Assembly: GCA_030429765.1 (NCBI GenBank)
Contig: JAUIER010000003.1
Location: 80,402 to 144,401 of the forward strand
Direction of reading: 5' to 3'
Origin: a bacterium
Lineage (GTDB): Bacteria; Omnitrophota; Gorgyraeia; Zapsychrales; Zapsychraceae
DNA length: 64,000 bases
This document shows positions 20,714 through 31,751 of this stretch, in pieces (the stretch's first letter is position 1; each line of letters begins with the position of its first letter). The translations under genes and the position numbers were made by a program. Below the pieces are notes generated by a model that worked only from the letters and a program-made list of their open reading frames with translations, was not told where the DNA came from and ran no database searches.

Positions 20714-21524
20714 AGATCGTTGGTTTAGTTCAACCGTAATGATATCGCTGTCCATTGGCGCGCTCCTGTTTGACTGGGTGTTCCTGCTGGTATTGCTGGC
20801 GTTGACGATCGGCGGGTTGTATGAATTTTTTTATCTGATCAAGAAAAAAGGCATTCCAATTTATAGTTACACCGGAATTGCCATCGGCACGGTGATACCG
20901 TTGCTGGCCTTTTTTCAGATCGAGCCCACGAAAAAGTGGGATCTGTTCTTTATAGCCATGGCCCTGCTGACCATTTTCGGGCTGCAGTTGATGCGTAACG
21001 ACAATCGTAACGCGATCGTCGGTATTTCAACCACATTATTCGGTATTTTATATGTTTCATGGTTTTTCAGCTTTTTAGTTGAGATCAAGAATTTGCTGCC
21101 GGAGACACCATGGGCGGGTGAGAAGCTAGTCGGCTTTTTGCTGTTGGTTACCAAGTGTGGGGATATGGGGGCGCTGCTCATTGGGAAAAAATATGGCAAG
21201 AAGTTACTCGTTCCCAAGATCAGTCCCAAGAAGACGGTTGCCGGCGCATTTGGCAGTACCGCTTTCAGTGTGATTGCGGCTTTGCTGGCCTACAAACTGA
21301 TCCCGGCCCAATTGAATCTGCCGCTGTGGCATGTGGCTTTGATGGGTGCGATCTTCGGTGGTTTAGGGCAGCTAGGGGATATGTCAGAATCCATGATCAA
21401 ACGGGATTGCGGTGTGAAGGACTCCGGCAAGATGCTACCGGCCTTGGGCGGCGCATTGGATGCCATTGACAGCTTGCTGTTCTCGGCGCCGGTTTTCTAC
21501 TTTTATATTATTTCGTTATTGTAA
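20706..21524 (+). CDS. cdsA: Phosphatidate cytidylyltransferase.
   Basis: KISPKKTVAGAFGS...GDMSESMIKRD... Confidence 0.9.
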   Translation: MNKDRWFSSTVMISLSIGALLFDWVFLLVLLALTIGGLYEFFYLIKKKGIPIYSYTGIAIGTVIPLLAFFQIEPTKKWDLFFIAMALLTIFGLQLMRNDNRNAIVGISTTLFGILYVSWFFSFLVEIKNLLPETPWAGEKLVGFLLLVTKCGDMGALLIGKKYGKKLLVPKISPKKTVAGAFGSTAFSVIAALLAYKLIPAQLNLPLWHVALMGAIFGGLGQLGDMSESMIKRDCGVKDSGKMLPALGGALDAIDSLLFSAPVFYFYIISLL

Positions 21525-21534
21525 CAGGATAGTT

Positions 21535-22689
21535 ATGGCGAGAAAGAATGTAGTCGTTTTGGGGTCGACCGGTTCGATCGGTATCAACACCCTGAAGGTC
21601 GTAGAGCGGTATCCTAAAGAATTTAATGTCGTCGGATTAAGCGCGTACAATAACGTCAAGCTCCTTGAGAAACAGATACAGCAGTTCCGTCCCAAATTTG
21701 TAGCGGTCAATTCAAAGGGGCGGGAGTATTTTCGAGATCGATTGAAGGCGCCGACAAAAATGTTGTCCGTTGATCAAGACCTCGAAGAGTTGGTCGCGCG
21801 GACAGACGTTCATGCCGTTGTCATCGGTATGCGGGGGGCGGCCGCCTTAAAGCCTTTTATCAGCGCGGTTCGAAATGGAAAGATCGTGGCGCCGGCGAAT
21901 AAGGAAGCGCTGGTGATTGCCGGAGAGATCATTATGAATTCGGCCCGGAGAAACAAGGCCACGGTGATCCCGGTTGACAGTGAACAAAGCGCTATCTTTC
22001 AATGTTTGCAAGGACAGAACCGACGGGAGCTCAAACGTGTGTTGCTGACTGCATCAGGCGGGACCCTGTTGAACGTTCCGGTCAGCCAATTTAATGAGTT
22101 GACGGTAGAGGAAATCCTCAAGCATCCGCGCTGGAAGATGGGACAAAAGATTACGGTCGATTCCGCCACGCTGATGAATAAGGGGTTTGAGTTTATCGAA
22201 GCGCTGCGTTTGTTTGACCTAGACATCGATCAGATTGAGGTTGTTATTCATCCGGAGGCGATCATTCATTCGATGGTGGAATACATGGATGGATCGATCA
22301 TCGCGCAGCTAGGTGTCACCGACATGCGCATTCCGATTCAATATGCACTGACCTATCCCAAGCGGTTGGATGTCGGCTTAAAGCCGATGGATTTTGCCAA
22401 GTTGGGATCATTGAATTTTCAGCGGCCGGATTACAAAAAGTTTCCGTCGTTGTCGTTATGTATTGACGTGGCCCGACAGGGAGGCACTTCTCCCAGTGTG
22501 TTGAATGCCGCGGATGAAGAGGCCGTGGAGGCCTTCTTAAAGCATGACATCCGGTTTTCGGATATTTATCCCGCCGTCGAAAAGATTGTTCGCCGGCATA
22601 AGGTTCAGCCGAAGCCAAACCTTAACCAAATTCTCGCGGCCGATCAGTGGGCCCGTGAGGAGACAAGAAAGGTAATATATAAGTTATGA
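21535..22689 (+). CDS. dxr: 1-deoxy-D-xylulose-5-phosphate reductoisomerase.
   Basis: VVLGSTGSIGINTL, PVDSEQSAIFQCL. Start at MARKNVVVLG. The uppS-cdsA-dxr-rseP order is widely conserved. Confidence 0.93.
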   Translation: MARKNVVVLGSTGSIGINTLKVVERYPKEFNVVGLSAYNNVKLLEKQIQQFRPKFVAVNSKGREYFRDRLKAPTKMLSVDQDLEELVARTDVHAVVIGMRGAAALKPFISAVRNGKIVAPANKEALVIAGEIIMNSARRNKATVIPVDSEQSAIFQCLQGQNRRELKRVLLTASGGTLLNVPVSQFNELTVEEILKHPRWKMGQKITVDSATLMNKGFEFIEALRLFDLDIDQIEVVIHPEAIIHSMVEYMDGSIIAQLGVTDMRIPIQYALTYPKRLDVGLKPMDFAKLGSLNFQRPDYKKFPSLSLCIDVARQGGTSPSVLNAADEEAVEAFLKHDIRFSDIYPAVEKIVRRHKVQPKPNLNQILAADQWAREETRKVIYKL

Positions 22690-24077
22690 TCGCTTTAGAC
22701 AGTATCCTGGGTGGATTTCAGAGCACGGCCGTGTTTATCGCCGTCCTGAGTATCCTGATCGTCGTGCATGAGTGGGGACATTTTATCACCGCCAAGTTGC
22801 AGGGCATCAAAGTCCATGAGTTTGCATTGGGATTTGGTCCGACGCTGTGGGCCAAGGAATACAATGAAACCAACTACATGCTGAAGCTTTTTCCGTTAGG
22901 CGGGTATGTTCGTATGGCGGGAGATGAGCGTGACAAATGCACCGGTGCTCCCTACGAGTTTTACAGTAAGTCGCCGGGGCAGCGGGCCGCGGTTGTTTTT
23001 AACGGACCATTGGTGAATTTTGTCCTGGCCTACTTTAGTTTTGTCCTGGTGTTTATGCTGGGCTATCCGGGAATGTCGACACAGATCACCGAGATCGTCA
23101 GTGATGGACCGGCAGTCGCGACATCCCTGCAGGCCAAGGATGAGGTGGTCGCGATCAACGGCAAGAAAATCTATGGATGGATGCATCTCGAACGCCTGTT
23201 GGAAGGGGAAAGCGTGGAGCCGATTGAGGTCACGGTGAACCGCGATGGTCAACAAATTTCCGCAACGGTCAATCCGACGATTGAGGAAAGGCCTAACCTG
23301 TTAGGTGTACCGACGATGTACCGGAATATCGGGATCGGATTCCTGCCGAACAAAGTCGGCGGTGTGGTCGAGGGGTATCCTGCCGATAAGGCCGGATTGA
23401 AGATGGAGGACGTCATCACCGAGATCGATGGTCAGAAGATTACCAATTGGATCTCGCTGCAGGAGGCCATCAGCAATTCCAAGGGCGCGACGATCAATAT
23501 CAAAGGCATCAGTGATGGTCAGCCATTTGAAAAAAATATTGAGCCGGTTATCGATATCAAGGAAGACGCGGACGGCAACAAGGTCGAAACGCGCAAGATC
23601 GGGCTGGGTCCCATGCAGGACTTTGGCAGCTTTAAATTTTCATTTGTGGAATCGCTTTACTACAGCTGGGATGAGCTGGCCTACATTACCCGTCTTACCT
23701 ACAAGTCGCTTTATCTGATGGTGCGTGGGACGGTCAAAGCCAAGGATTCAGTCACCGGACCGGTCGGAATCTTTTACATTGTGAAGGGCGCGGCCGAGGC
23801 CGGAATGGCGCATTTGTTATTCATTCTAGGTGTCATTAGTGCTAGTTTGGCGATCTTCAATCTGCTGCCGATGCTGCCGCTGGACGGCGGACATCTGACG
23901 CTGTTGGCCATTGAGAAGATACGGGGTAAACCGCTGCCGGCGAAGGTTGATGATTTTGTGGCGCGCATCGGTTTTTCATTTATTATTCTGCTCGCGCTTT
24001 TCGTGTTTTACAACGATTTTGCCAATTTCGGCATCTTTGATGGAATCAAGAATCTTTTTTCTAAAATAACGGGATAA
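22686..24077 (+). CDS. rseP: Site-2 protease (RIP zinc metalloprotease, M50) with PDZ domains.
   Basis: HEWGHFITAK zinc motif. Two PDZ-like segments. C-terminal LDGG motif. Confidence 0.9.
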   Translation: MIALDSILGGFQSTAVFIAVLSILIVVHEWGHFITAKLQGIKVHEFALGFGPTLWAKEYNETNYMLKLFPLGGYVRMAGDERDKCTGAPYEFYSKSPGQRAAVVFNGPLVNFVLAYFSFVLVFMLGYPGMSTQITEIVSDGPAVATSLQAKDEVVAINGKKIYGWMHLERLLEGESVEPIEVTVNRDGQQISATVNPTIEERPNLLGVPTMYRNIGIGFLPNKVGGVVEGYPADKAGLKMEDVITEIDGQKITNWISLQEAISNSKGATINIKGISDGQPFEKNIEPVIDIKEDADGNKVETRKIGLGPMQDFGSFKFSFVESLYYSWDELAYITRLTYKSLYLMVRGTVKAKDSVTGPVGIFYIVKGAAEAGMAHLLFILGVISASLAIFNLLPMLPLDGGHLTLLAIEKIRGKPLPAKVDDFVARIGFSFIILLALFVFYNDFANFGIFDGIKNLFSKITG

Positions 24078-24101
24078 CTTCTTTAAACAAGAGGGACAAA
24101 C

Positions 24102-25370
24102 ATGGCATCCGAAGATTTAAGAGAAAAAGTAAACAGGTATATGATCAACAACACGGAGTTCTTGAAGGTCAAGGACACCATGAACGAGGATCAACTGAGG
24201 ATGTTCGTCAATCGGGCCATCGAGGATATGATGGACGAGAAAAATATCGAAATCCCCTTTGAACAGCGGGCGGAGCTGATCAAGTCGCTGGTCAGCGCGG
24301 TGATGAGCTTAGGGCCATTGCGTCCACTGATGGAAGACGAGACGATCACCGAGGTCATGATCAATGGATGCGATACCATTTACATCCAGCGTTACGGAAA
24401 GATTGAGAAGGTTGATATCAAGTTTGACAGCAACCAGCACTTAGCCCACACGGTGCAGAAAATTCTTGCCGGTTCGCAGAGTAATAAGCGTGTTGATGAG
24501 TCATCGCCGTATGTTGATTTCTCTTTGCCTGACGGATCACGGGTCAACGTTATTCTTCCGCCATGTTCGACGATGGGGCCGGTCGTTACGATCCGAAAAT
24601 TTAAGGATGATATCGGAACTGTTGAGCATTTGCTGGATGTTAAGGAGCTCAACGAGGAGATGGCCACGTTGCTAATTGCCGCGATGAAGGCCAAATTCAA
24701 TGTTATATTTTGCGGGGCGACGGGTTCGGGTAAGACAACCTGTATGAATGTGTTTTCGACACATATTCCAGAAGAAGAACGGATTATCACGATTGAGGAT
24801 ACCCCGGAGTTAAATCTCCGTCAGGATCATGTTGTGTCGCTGCAAACCAAGCCGGCTAACATCGAAGGCAAGGGTGAGATTACCATGGCTGAGTTGTTTA
24901 CCAATTCGCTTCGTATGCGTCCGGACCGGATCATCATTGGTGAGATTCGTGGCGAGGAAATGCTGGATTTAATCCAGTCGATCAGTTCCGGTCACAGTGG
25001 GTCGCTCGCTATCGTTCACGCGGAGTCACCGCTGGATTGTTTTGACCGGATGGTGACCATGATGCTGCTCACGGGAATTCGATTGAGCACCCAGGAGATC
25101 CGCCGTCAGGTGGCCCGAGCGGTGGATATTATTGTGCACATCGAGCTTTTCAATGACGGGGTTCGCCGCATCCAGAACATCACTGATATTGTCTGGAATG
25201 ACGAGAAGAAGGAAGTGGAGTTGGTCGATATATTCCGGTTTGATCAAACTGGACGGATTGTCGACGGGATCGTTGAGGGTGACTGGACCAAGAATCGAAA
25301 GCCGCCGTCATTTATGTCTAAATTTGCCAAGCACAGGGTGGAACTCCCGGAAGGATATTTCGATAAGTAA
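24102..25370 (+). CDS. CpaF/TadA-type (VirB11-like) secretion ATPase.
   Basis: Walker A FCGATGSGKTT. Asp box IITIEDTPEL. His box RPDRIIIGEIRGEE. CpaF-type N-terminal region. Confidence 0.85.
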   Translation: MASEDLREKVNRYMINNTEFLKVKDTMNEDQLRMFVNRAIEDMMDEKNIEIPFEQRAELIKSLVSAVMSLGPLRPLMEDETITEVMINGCDTIYIQRYGKIEKVDIKFDSNQHLAHTVQKILAGSQSNKRVDESSPYVDFSLPDGSRVNVILPPCSTMGPVVTIRKFKDDIGTVEHLLDVKELNEEMATLLIAAMKAKFNVIFCGATGSGKTTCMNVFSTHIPEEERIITIEDTPELNLRQDHVVSLQTKPANIEGKGEITMAELFTNSLRMRPDRIIIGEIRGEEMLDLIQSISSGHSGSLAIVHAESPLDCFDRMVTMMLLTGIRLSTQEIRRQVARAVDIIVHIELFNDGVRRIQNITDIVWNDEKKEVELVDIFRFDQTGRIVDGIVEGDWTKNRKPPSFMSKFAKHRVELPEGYFDK

Positions 25371-25372
25371 TC

Positions 25373-26566
25373 ATGTATTGGTCTAAATATTTTATACCCA
25401 CACTCAAGGAAACGCCCGGCGGAACCGAGGCCATCAGTCATCAACTGCTGTTGCGGGCCGGTCTGGTGCAGATGCTCACGTCCGGGGTCTATTCGTATCT
25501 TCCGCTCGGATTACGCGTACTGTCGAATATCGAAAATATCATTCGTGAGGAGATGAACGCAGCGGGCGCAAATGAATTGTTATTGCCCAGTCTGCATCCG
25601 CTGGATATATGGAAGCAGACGGGACGGGATGAAACGCTCAAGGACGTGATGATTTCGTTTAAAGACGGCAAGGGACGCGATATGTGTCTGGGGCCTACGC
25701 ATGAAGAAATTATTACGGATGTTGTTCGGAATCACGTGCAGTCTTATCGACAGCTGCCGGTGACGCTGTATCAGATTCAGACCAAGTTCCGCGATGAACT
25801 GCGGCCGCGGTTCGGCATTGTGCGGGCGTGTGAGTTTATCATGAAGGACGCTTACAGCTTTGATCGTGATGTCGAAAGCATGCAAAAAAATTATCAGATC
25901 ATGTACGAGGCGTATCAGAAAATTTTCAAGCGGCTCGAGCTGGATGTGGTGATTGTTGAGGCCGATTCCGGCGCGATGGGCGGAGATATTTCCCACGAGT
26001 TTATGGTCCCCGCGGCGATTGGTGAGGATGAGGTCGAGGTCAACGGTCAAAAGCAGGTGGCGATGGAGCTGGGTCATATTTTTCAATTAGGGACCAAATA
26101 CAGCCAATCGCTCGGCGCTAATTTTCTGGATGAAAACGGCAAGAGTCAGCCGATTATTATGGGATGTTATGGTATCGGCGTCAGCCGGGTAATCGCCGCG
26201 ATTATCGAGGTGATGCACGACGAGAACGGTATTATTTGGCCGTCACAGGTCGCGCCGTTTCAGGTCGAACTCCTGCCGATTTATAAATCGGAATCCGATG
26301 AGGCCATGCAGCTGGCGCGGCAGTGTTATGACGAGTTAACGGCTGCCGGAGTTGATGTTTTATGCGACGATCGCGATGAGACCGCTGGTAAAAAGTTTAA
26401 AGACGCTGATTTGATCGGTATTCCGTTGAGGGCAACGTTCGGCAAGCGAAATTTGGCGGAGGGTAATGTCGAGCTGAAGTTTCGTAAGTCAGGTGAGACG
26501 GTGATGATTGACAAATCATCGGCAGCTGCGAAGATCCTGGATGTTCTCAAGCAAGGCCATGCATAA
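25373..26566 (+). CDS. proS: Proline--tRNA ligase, short bacterial form without an INS editing insertion.
   Basis: Class-II motifs (FRDELRPRFGIVRACEFIMKDAYSF, GCYGIGVSR) plus a C-terminal anticodon-binding domain. Only 397 aa. Confidence 0.85.
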   Translation: MYWSKYFIPTLKETPGGTEAISHQLLLRAGLVQMLTSGVYSYLPLGLRVLSNIENIIREEMNAAGANELLLPSLHPLDIWKQTGRDETLKDVMISFKDGKGRDMCLGPTHEEIITDVVRNHVQSYRQLPVTLYQIQTKFRDELRPRFGIVRACEFIMKDAYSFDRDVESMQKNYQIMYEAYQKIFKRLELDVVIVEADSGAMGGDISHEFMVPAAIGEDEVEVNGQKQVAMELGHIFQLGTKYSQSLGANFLDENGKSQPIIMGCYGIGVSRVIAAIIEVMHDENGIIWPSQVAPFQVELLPIYKSESDEAMQLARQCYDELTAAGVDVLCDDRDETAGKKFKDADLIGIPLRATFGKRNLAEGNVELKFRKSGETVMIDKSSAAAKILDVLKQGHA

Positions 26567-27014
26567 AGAGCTTCTCGTTCATATTCGGCCGCTGGTGGAA
26601 CACGCGTTAACCGAACATCTGGTGGATCTAGTGGACATGACGATTAAATCGGATGGCCGGGGATACAACATTGAGATCCTGGCGGATAAACCTGAAGGCG
26701 GCATTACGATTGACGTGTGCGCGGAGTTAAACCGGGTCATCGGAGATCAGCTTGAACAGGATGTGCTCCTGGACCGGGCGTTTACGGTGAATGTCAGTTC
26801 CCCCGGTGTGGATCGTCCTTTGCGAATCGCCAAGGATTTTCGACGGGTAATCGGACGGGCGGTGCGCGTTCATTTGAATGACAAAATTGAGGACAAGATT
26901 GAACATATGGGTACTGTAAAGACAGTAACGGACGATATGGTAACGTTGGAAGCCAAGGCTGGATTGATTGACATACCCTTTATAAAAATTAACAAGGCCA
27001 TTCAGGTCATCTAG
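26559..27014 (+). CDS. rimP: Ribosome maturation factor RimP.
   Basis: Size, position immediately upstream of nusA-infB, and VNVSSPGVDRPL motif. Start at MHKELLV (ATG overlapping the proS stop). Confidence 0.85.
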   Translation: MHKELLVHIRPLVEHALTEHLVDLVDMTIKSDGRGYNIEILADKPEGGITIDVCAELNRVIGDQLEQDVLLDRAFTVNVSSPGVDRPLRIAKDFRRVIGRAVRVHLNDKIEDKIEHMGTVKTVTDDMVTLEAKAGLIDIPFIKINKAIQVI

Positions 27015-27038
27015 ACAGAACAAGAGAGAGGTAAGAAG

Positions 27039-28271
27039 ATGGAAAGTAGTGAATTGCTAACTATTTTGGAACAACTGGAGCGCGACAAGGGAATCGACAA
27101 GGATGTTCTGATTGAAGCGGTAGAAGCCGCCGTGGCTTCGGCCGCCAAAAAATTGTGGACCGTCGACAAGGAGCAGGATGTCACGGTCAAGCTTGATAAA
27201 ATGACCGGTAAACTCACCGCCTACGCCGGTGACGAAGAGATCCGCTCCGGTGAGTTCGGCCGTATCGCCGCGCAAACGGCCAAGCAAGTGGTCATCCAAA
27301 AGATTCGTGAGGCGGAAAAAGACGTTGTTTACGAAGAGTATCAAAAGCGGATTGGTGAGATCATCAGCGGAAGCGTTTATCGTTTTGAACGCGGTAACAT
27401 CATTATTGATTTAATCAAGTCAGAAGCGATTGTTCCTCGACGTGAACAGTCATCCAAGGAAGAGTTTAAACAAGGTGACCGGATCCGGGCCTATGTGTTG
27501 GACGTAAAGCGTGAAAACCGCGGTCCGCAAATTATTCTTTCCCGCGCGCATCCGCAGTTTGTGAAACGCCTGTTTGAGCTGGAAGTTCCCGAAATTCTGG
27601 AAGGGATCGTTGAGATCAAGTCGATTACGCGGGACGTAAGTGAGCGGACCAAGATCGCTGTACATTCCAAAGACGAGAAGGTGGATTCGGTTGGCGCGTG
27701 CGTTGGTATGCGTGGAAGCCGGGTGAAAAATATCGTCAATGAGCTGCAGGGCGAGAAGATCGACATCGTACGGTATTCACCGGATATCAAGGAATACATC
27801 CAGGCGGCGTTATCTCCCGCGGAAATTTCTCAGATTCAGCTGAACTTCGATGAGAAGAAGGCCAATATCATTGTGGCCGATGATCAGTTGTCGTTGGCCA
27901 TCGGTAAGCATGGTCAAAATGTCCGTTTGGCCAGTCAGCTGGTGGGTTGGGAGCTGGATTTGTTCTCGTTTGATCAGTGGAAGGAATATCAGGACAAACT
28001 CGACGGTGAAGAAGCACCCGCCGAGACTGACGCCGAGGCAACGGAGGAGTACGAAGAAGAGGAAGTCATTGAAGAGGTCACCATCGCGGACCTTTCCGGT
28101 GTGGGTGAAAAGATGATCGCCGAGCTTGAGGAGAAAGGGCTTGGAACGCTGGATGTGATTGCCGAAGCAAGTGTTGATGATTTGACACAGATCAAAGGAT
28201 TAGGTAAAATCAAGGCCCAAAAAATGATTGACGAGGCGAAACAAATACTCGAGGAATGTGAAGAAGAATAG
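27039..28271 (+). CDS. nusA: Transcription termination/antitermination factor NusA.
   Basis: N-terminal domain, S1, KH1/KH2 (IGKHGQNVRLAS), acidic C-terminal tail. Confidence 0.95.
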   Translation: MESSELLTILEQLERDKGIDKDVLIEAVEAAVASAAKKLWTVDKEQDVTVKLDKMTGKLTAYAGDEEIRSGEFGRIAAQTAKQVVIQKIREAEKDVVYEEYQKRIGEIISGSVYRFERGNIIIDLIKSEAIVPRREQSSKEEFKQGDRIRAYVLDVKRENRGPQIILSRAHPQFVKRLFELEVPEILEGIVEIKSITRDVSERTKIAVHSKDEKVDSVGACVGMRGSRVKNIVNELQGEKIDIVRYSPDIKEYIQAALSPAEISQIQLNFDEKKANIIVADDQLSLAIGKHGQNVRLASQLVGWELDLFSFDQWKEYQDKLDGEEAPAETDAEATEEYEEEEVIEEVTIADLSGVGEKMIAELEEKGLGTLDVIAEASVDDLTQIKGLGKIKAQKMIDEAKQILEECEEE

Positions 28272-28298
28272 CGAGTAGTTAATAGAGAAAAGAGATAT

Positions 28299-30725
28299 AT
28301 GAAAGTATCCGAACTGGCCAAAGAGCTAAAAACAAATGATGAAACCATCCTGGCTACGCTCAAGAATTTGAAGCTGAAGGCGAAGGATAGTGATCAAGAT
28401 CTGAATGTCGCGGTTGTATCCGTTCTGAAAAGCGCGTTCAAAAAGGGGAATATCGTCAAGGTTGAAACCCCTAAGGCGCCGAAGAAGCGGGCGACCAAGA
28501 AAGCCGTCGCGGACAAAGAACCCGAGTCAACGACCAAAAAGAAGGCCGTGAAGAAGAAAGCGGCCGTTAAGAAAAAAGTGGTCAAGAAGAAGGCGGCATC
28601 CACGACCAAGTCAGAGGACACGGAAAAGGAAGCTGACAAGCCTCGCAAGCGCGTTGTCAAACGCAAGGTCAAGAAGGTGGTCCGAAAGGCCGTCAAAAAG
28701 GCGGATGACACGGACAAGGCCGCAACAACCAAGAAGACGGCGGCCAAGAAAACTGACGCCAAACCAGCGAAGGTCGAGGTCCCGGCCAAGCCCAAGAAGA
28801 AGGCTCAGGAGCCGGTTATCACGCTCAAACCACTTTCCCGCAAGCGTCGAAAGTCCTATAAAGACGACCGCAGGGATCAGCCGAGCGGCAATGACATGCT
28901 AAATGTCGAACCGGCCGCGGCGGATGCGTCGACGGCAACAGCGGCCGAACCGGTTTTTAATGAGAATCTCCCCGAGATCGAAGTCAAGGTGCCGATCACG
29001 GTCAAGGAATTTGCCACGACGATTCAGCAGAAGCCGAGCGTTGTTTTAACGCGCCTCATGAAGATGGGGATGCTGGCTCACATCAATCAGAGCCTCGGTG
29101 AGGAATTAGTCCGTAAATTGACGTTGGAGTTTGGATATAATCTGGCCAAGATTCGGACACAGGAAGAAGTTGTCATTGACGATCACAAGGTTGAGGAGGA
29201 CGACGCGGCTGAACTAAAATCACGAGCGCCGGTGATTACATTTATGGGACACGTTGATCACGGAAAAACGTCCTTGCTTGACCGAATCCGTTCATCGAAG
29301 ATCACCGACCGTGAGCACGGCGGGATCACACAGCACATCGGGGCCTATTCCGTGTCGATGCCCAAAGGGCGGATCACATTGCTCGACACGCCTGGTCACG
29401 AGGCGTTTACGGCGATGCGCGCGCGTGGCGCGCACATTACAGATATTGTTGTTCTGGTTGTAGCCGCGGACGAAGGGATTATGCCGCAGACCGAAGAAGC
29501 AATCGATCACGCCCGGGCCGCGGGTGTCCCGATTGTCGTTGCCTTAAATAAGATGGACCGTCCCGGTGCCAATCCGGACAAAGTCAAGCAGCAGCTGGCC
29601 GAGCATGATCTGGCCTCTGAAGACTGGGGTGGCAAGACAGTTGTGGTCGGTGTGTCGGCGATGACCGGAGAAGGAATTGATGAGCTTTTAGAATTGATCC
29701 TGCTGGAATCCGAATTGCTTGAACTCAGGGCTAATCCGAACAAACGGGCGACAGGGCTAGTTGTCGAAGCGCATCTCAGTCAAGGCAAAGGAACAGTTAC
29801 GACATTGATCGTGCAGAGTGGAACATTAAAGGAAGGCGACTTCCTGATCATGGGACCGTATTACGGCAAGGTCAAGGCCATGTTTGATGATCACGGACGT
29901 GCGATCAAGGAAGCCGGTCCGTCCATGCCCGTCGAGATCCTGGGGATTTCCAATGTCCCTGGAGCCGGTGAGATCTTTTATGTCGTCGAAGATGAACGAC
30001 AGGCCAAAGAGATATCCACTGCGCGTCTGGAGAAGATCAAGAACAAAAAGATGCAGGCATCGTCGGCCATCTCGCTTGATGATTTGTATTCGCAAATTCA
30101 AGAGGGTGCGATTAAGGAGCTGAATGTCGTGTTAAAAGCGGATGTGCAGGGATCGCTCGAGGCGCTGAAGGATTCCTTGGAGAAAATCCCAAGCGACAAG
30201 GTTAAGATCAAGTTCATTCACAGCGGCGTCGGTGAGGTCAACACATCGGATGTGCTTTTGGCTGTGGCGTCGAAGGCGATTATCATCGCGTTTCATGTGG
30301 GGATCAATCCCAAGGCCAAGAAGGCGCTGGAGCAGGATCCCGTCGAGGTTCGCGAGTATCGGATTATCTACGACGCTGTCAACGACATGCGTCAGGCGCT
30401 GGAAGGTCTACTGGAAGCCAAGAAGAAAAAGAACTACTTTGCCAAGGTGGAGATCCGTCAGGTCTTCAAATTATCCAAACAGGGGATTGTCGCCGGGTGT
30501 TATGTGACCAAAGGCCGGGTCAAGCGAAAGGCCGAAGTGGATTTGGTCCGTGACGGCGAGGTGATTCATTCCGGCAAGATTGGTTCTTTAAAACGTTTCA
30601 AGGAAGACGTGAAGGAAGTCACCGAAGGTATGGAATGCGGGGTCGTCCTGGAAGGTTTTGACAAATATGAAGTCGGCGACATGCTGGAAGTCTATGACGT
30701 TGAAATCATTTCGCAGAAACTCTAA
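28299..30725 (+). CDS. infB: Translation initiation factor IF-2.
   Basis: Lys/Ala-rich N-terminal region. G domain [24 protein letters not shown]. Confidence 0.95.
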   Translation: MKVSELAKELKTNDETILATLKNLKLKAKDSDQDLNVAVVSVLKSAFKKGNIVKVETPKAPKKRATKKAVADKEPESTTKKKAVKKKAAVKKKVVKKKAASTTKSEDTEKEADKPRKRVVKRKVKKVVRKAVKKADDTDKAATTKKTAAKKTDAKPAKVEVPAKPKKKAQEPVITLKPLSRKRRKSYKDDRRDQPSGNDMLNVEPAAADASTATAAEPVFNENLPEIEVKVPITVKEFATTIQQKPSVVLTRLMKMGMLAHINQSLGEELVRKLTLEFGYNLAKIRTQEEVVIDDHKVEEDDAAELKSRAPVITFMGHVDHGKTSLLDRIRSSKITDREHGGITQHIGAYSVSMPKGRITLLDTPGHEAFTAMRARGAHITDIVVLVVAADEGIMPQTEEAIDHARAAGVPIVVALNKMDRPGANPDKVKQQLAEHDLASEDWGGKTVVVGVSAMTGEGIDELLELILLESELLELRANPNKRATGLVVEAHLSQGKGTVTTLIVQSGTLKEGDFLIMGPYYGKVKAMFDDHGRAIKEAGPSMPVEILGISNVPGAGEIFYVVEDERQAKEISTARLEKIKNKKMQASSAISLDDLYSQIQEGAIKELNVVLKADVQGSLEALKDSLEKIPSDKVKIKFIHSGVGEVNTSDVLLAVASKAIIIAFHVGINPKAKKALEQDPVEVREYRIIYDAVNDMRQALEGLLEAKKKKNYFAKVEIRQVFKLSKQGIVAGCYVTKGRVKRKAEVDLVRDGEVIHSGKIGSLKRFKEDVKEVTEGMECGVVLEGFDKYEVGDMLEVYDVEIISQKL

Positions 30726-30770
30726 GGGCGAAAACGTAAAAGTCTAAAGTAATCTTTTCCAAACATTCTC

Positions 30771-31751
30771 ATGAAAAAAACCGTTTTTAGCGCAATGCGT
30801 CCGACCGGTAAACTGCACTTGGGCCACCTGGTTGGTGCGTTGCATAACTGGACGGAACTTCAAAAATCTCACCAATGTATTTTTTCGATTGTGGACTGGC
30901 ACGCCTTGATGGGCGAGTACGAACAAAGCGCGGCCATTCGCGGTAATGTACTGGACATGGCGCTTGATTGGCTGGCCTGCGGCATCGATCCCAAGCAGTC
31001 GGTTATTTTTGTTCAGTCGGACGTACCCGAACATCTTGAACTTCAGATGATCTTTTCCTGCATCACCCCGCTGGGCTGGCTTGAGCGTAATCCCACATAT
31101 AAAGAGCAATTACGCGAGATTGAAAAGCGTGATCTTCAAACCTACGGCTTTCTGGGATATCCGGTGCTGCAGGCGGCGGACATTCTATTGTATAAAGCCA
31201 ATGCCGTGCCGATCGGCGAGGATCAATTGCCGCATCTGGAGCTGACCAGGGAGATCTCCCGCCGTTTTAATCACATTTTTAAGACCGAATTCTTCGAGGA
31301 TTGTGAGGCGATCCTGACACAGACACCGCGATTGCTAGGACTGGACGGCCGAAAAATGAGCAAAAGCTACAACAATGCCATCAACCTTAGTGATACGCCC
31401 GAGGAGATCCAGAAAAAGGTCAAGACCATGTTTACGGATCCCAAGCGTCTGCGGCTCAAGGACCCCGGTCATCCCGAGGACTGTAACGTATACAGTTATT
31501 ATAAAGTTTTTGCCCCGCAGCAGTGTGAGGCGGTATATAATTGGTGTACGGCCGCCGAGAAGGGATGCACGGACTGTAAGAAGATATTTGCTGATCATCT
31601 GATCGACCATCTCAGTGAAATAAGTGCAAAACGTGAAAGTCTCAGTAAGGATCGTGATACAATAAAGGATATTCTTCAGGAAGGCCGAAAAAAGGCGCAG
31701 GCGATTGCCCGCCAAACCATCGAAGAGGTCAAAGAGGTTATATTTGCATGA
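30771..31751 (+). CDS. trpS: Tryptophan--tRNA ligase.
   Basis: HLGHLVG (HIGH) and KMSKS motifs. Confidence 0.93.
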   Translation: MKKTVFSAMRPTGKLHLGHLVGALHNWTELQKSHQCIFSIVDWHALMGEYEQSAAIRGNVLDMALDWLACGIDPKQSVIFVQSDVPEHLELQMIFSCITPLGWLERNPTYKEQLREIEKRDLQTYGFLGYPVLQAADILLYKANAVPIGEDQLPHLELTREISRRFNHIFKTEFFEDCEAILTQTPRLLGLDGRKMSKSYNNAINLSDTPEEIQKKVKTMFTDPKRLRLKDPGHPEDCNVYSYYKVFAPQQCEAVYNWCTAAEKGCTDCKKIFADHLIDHLSEISAKRESLSKDRDTIKDILQEGRKKAQAIARQTIEEVKEVIFA

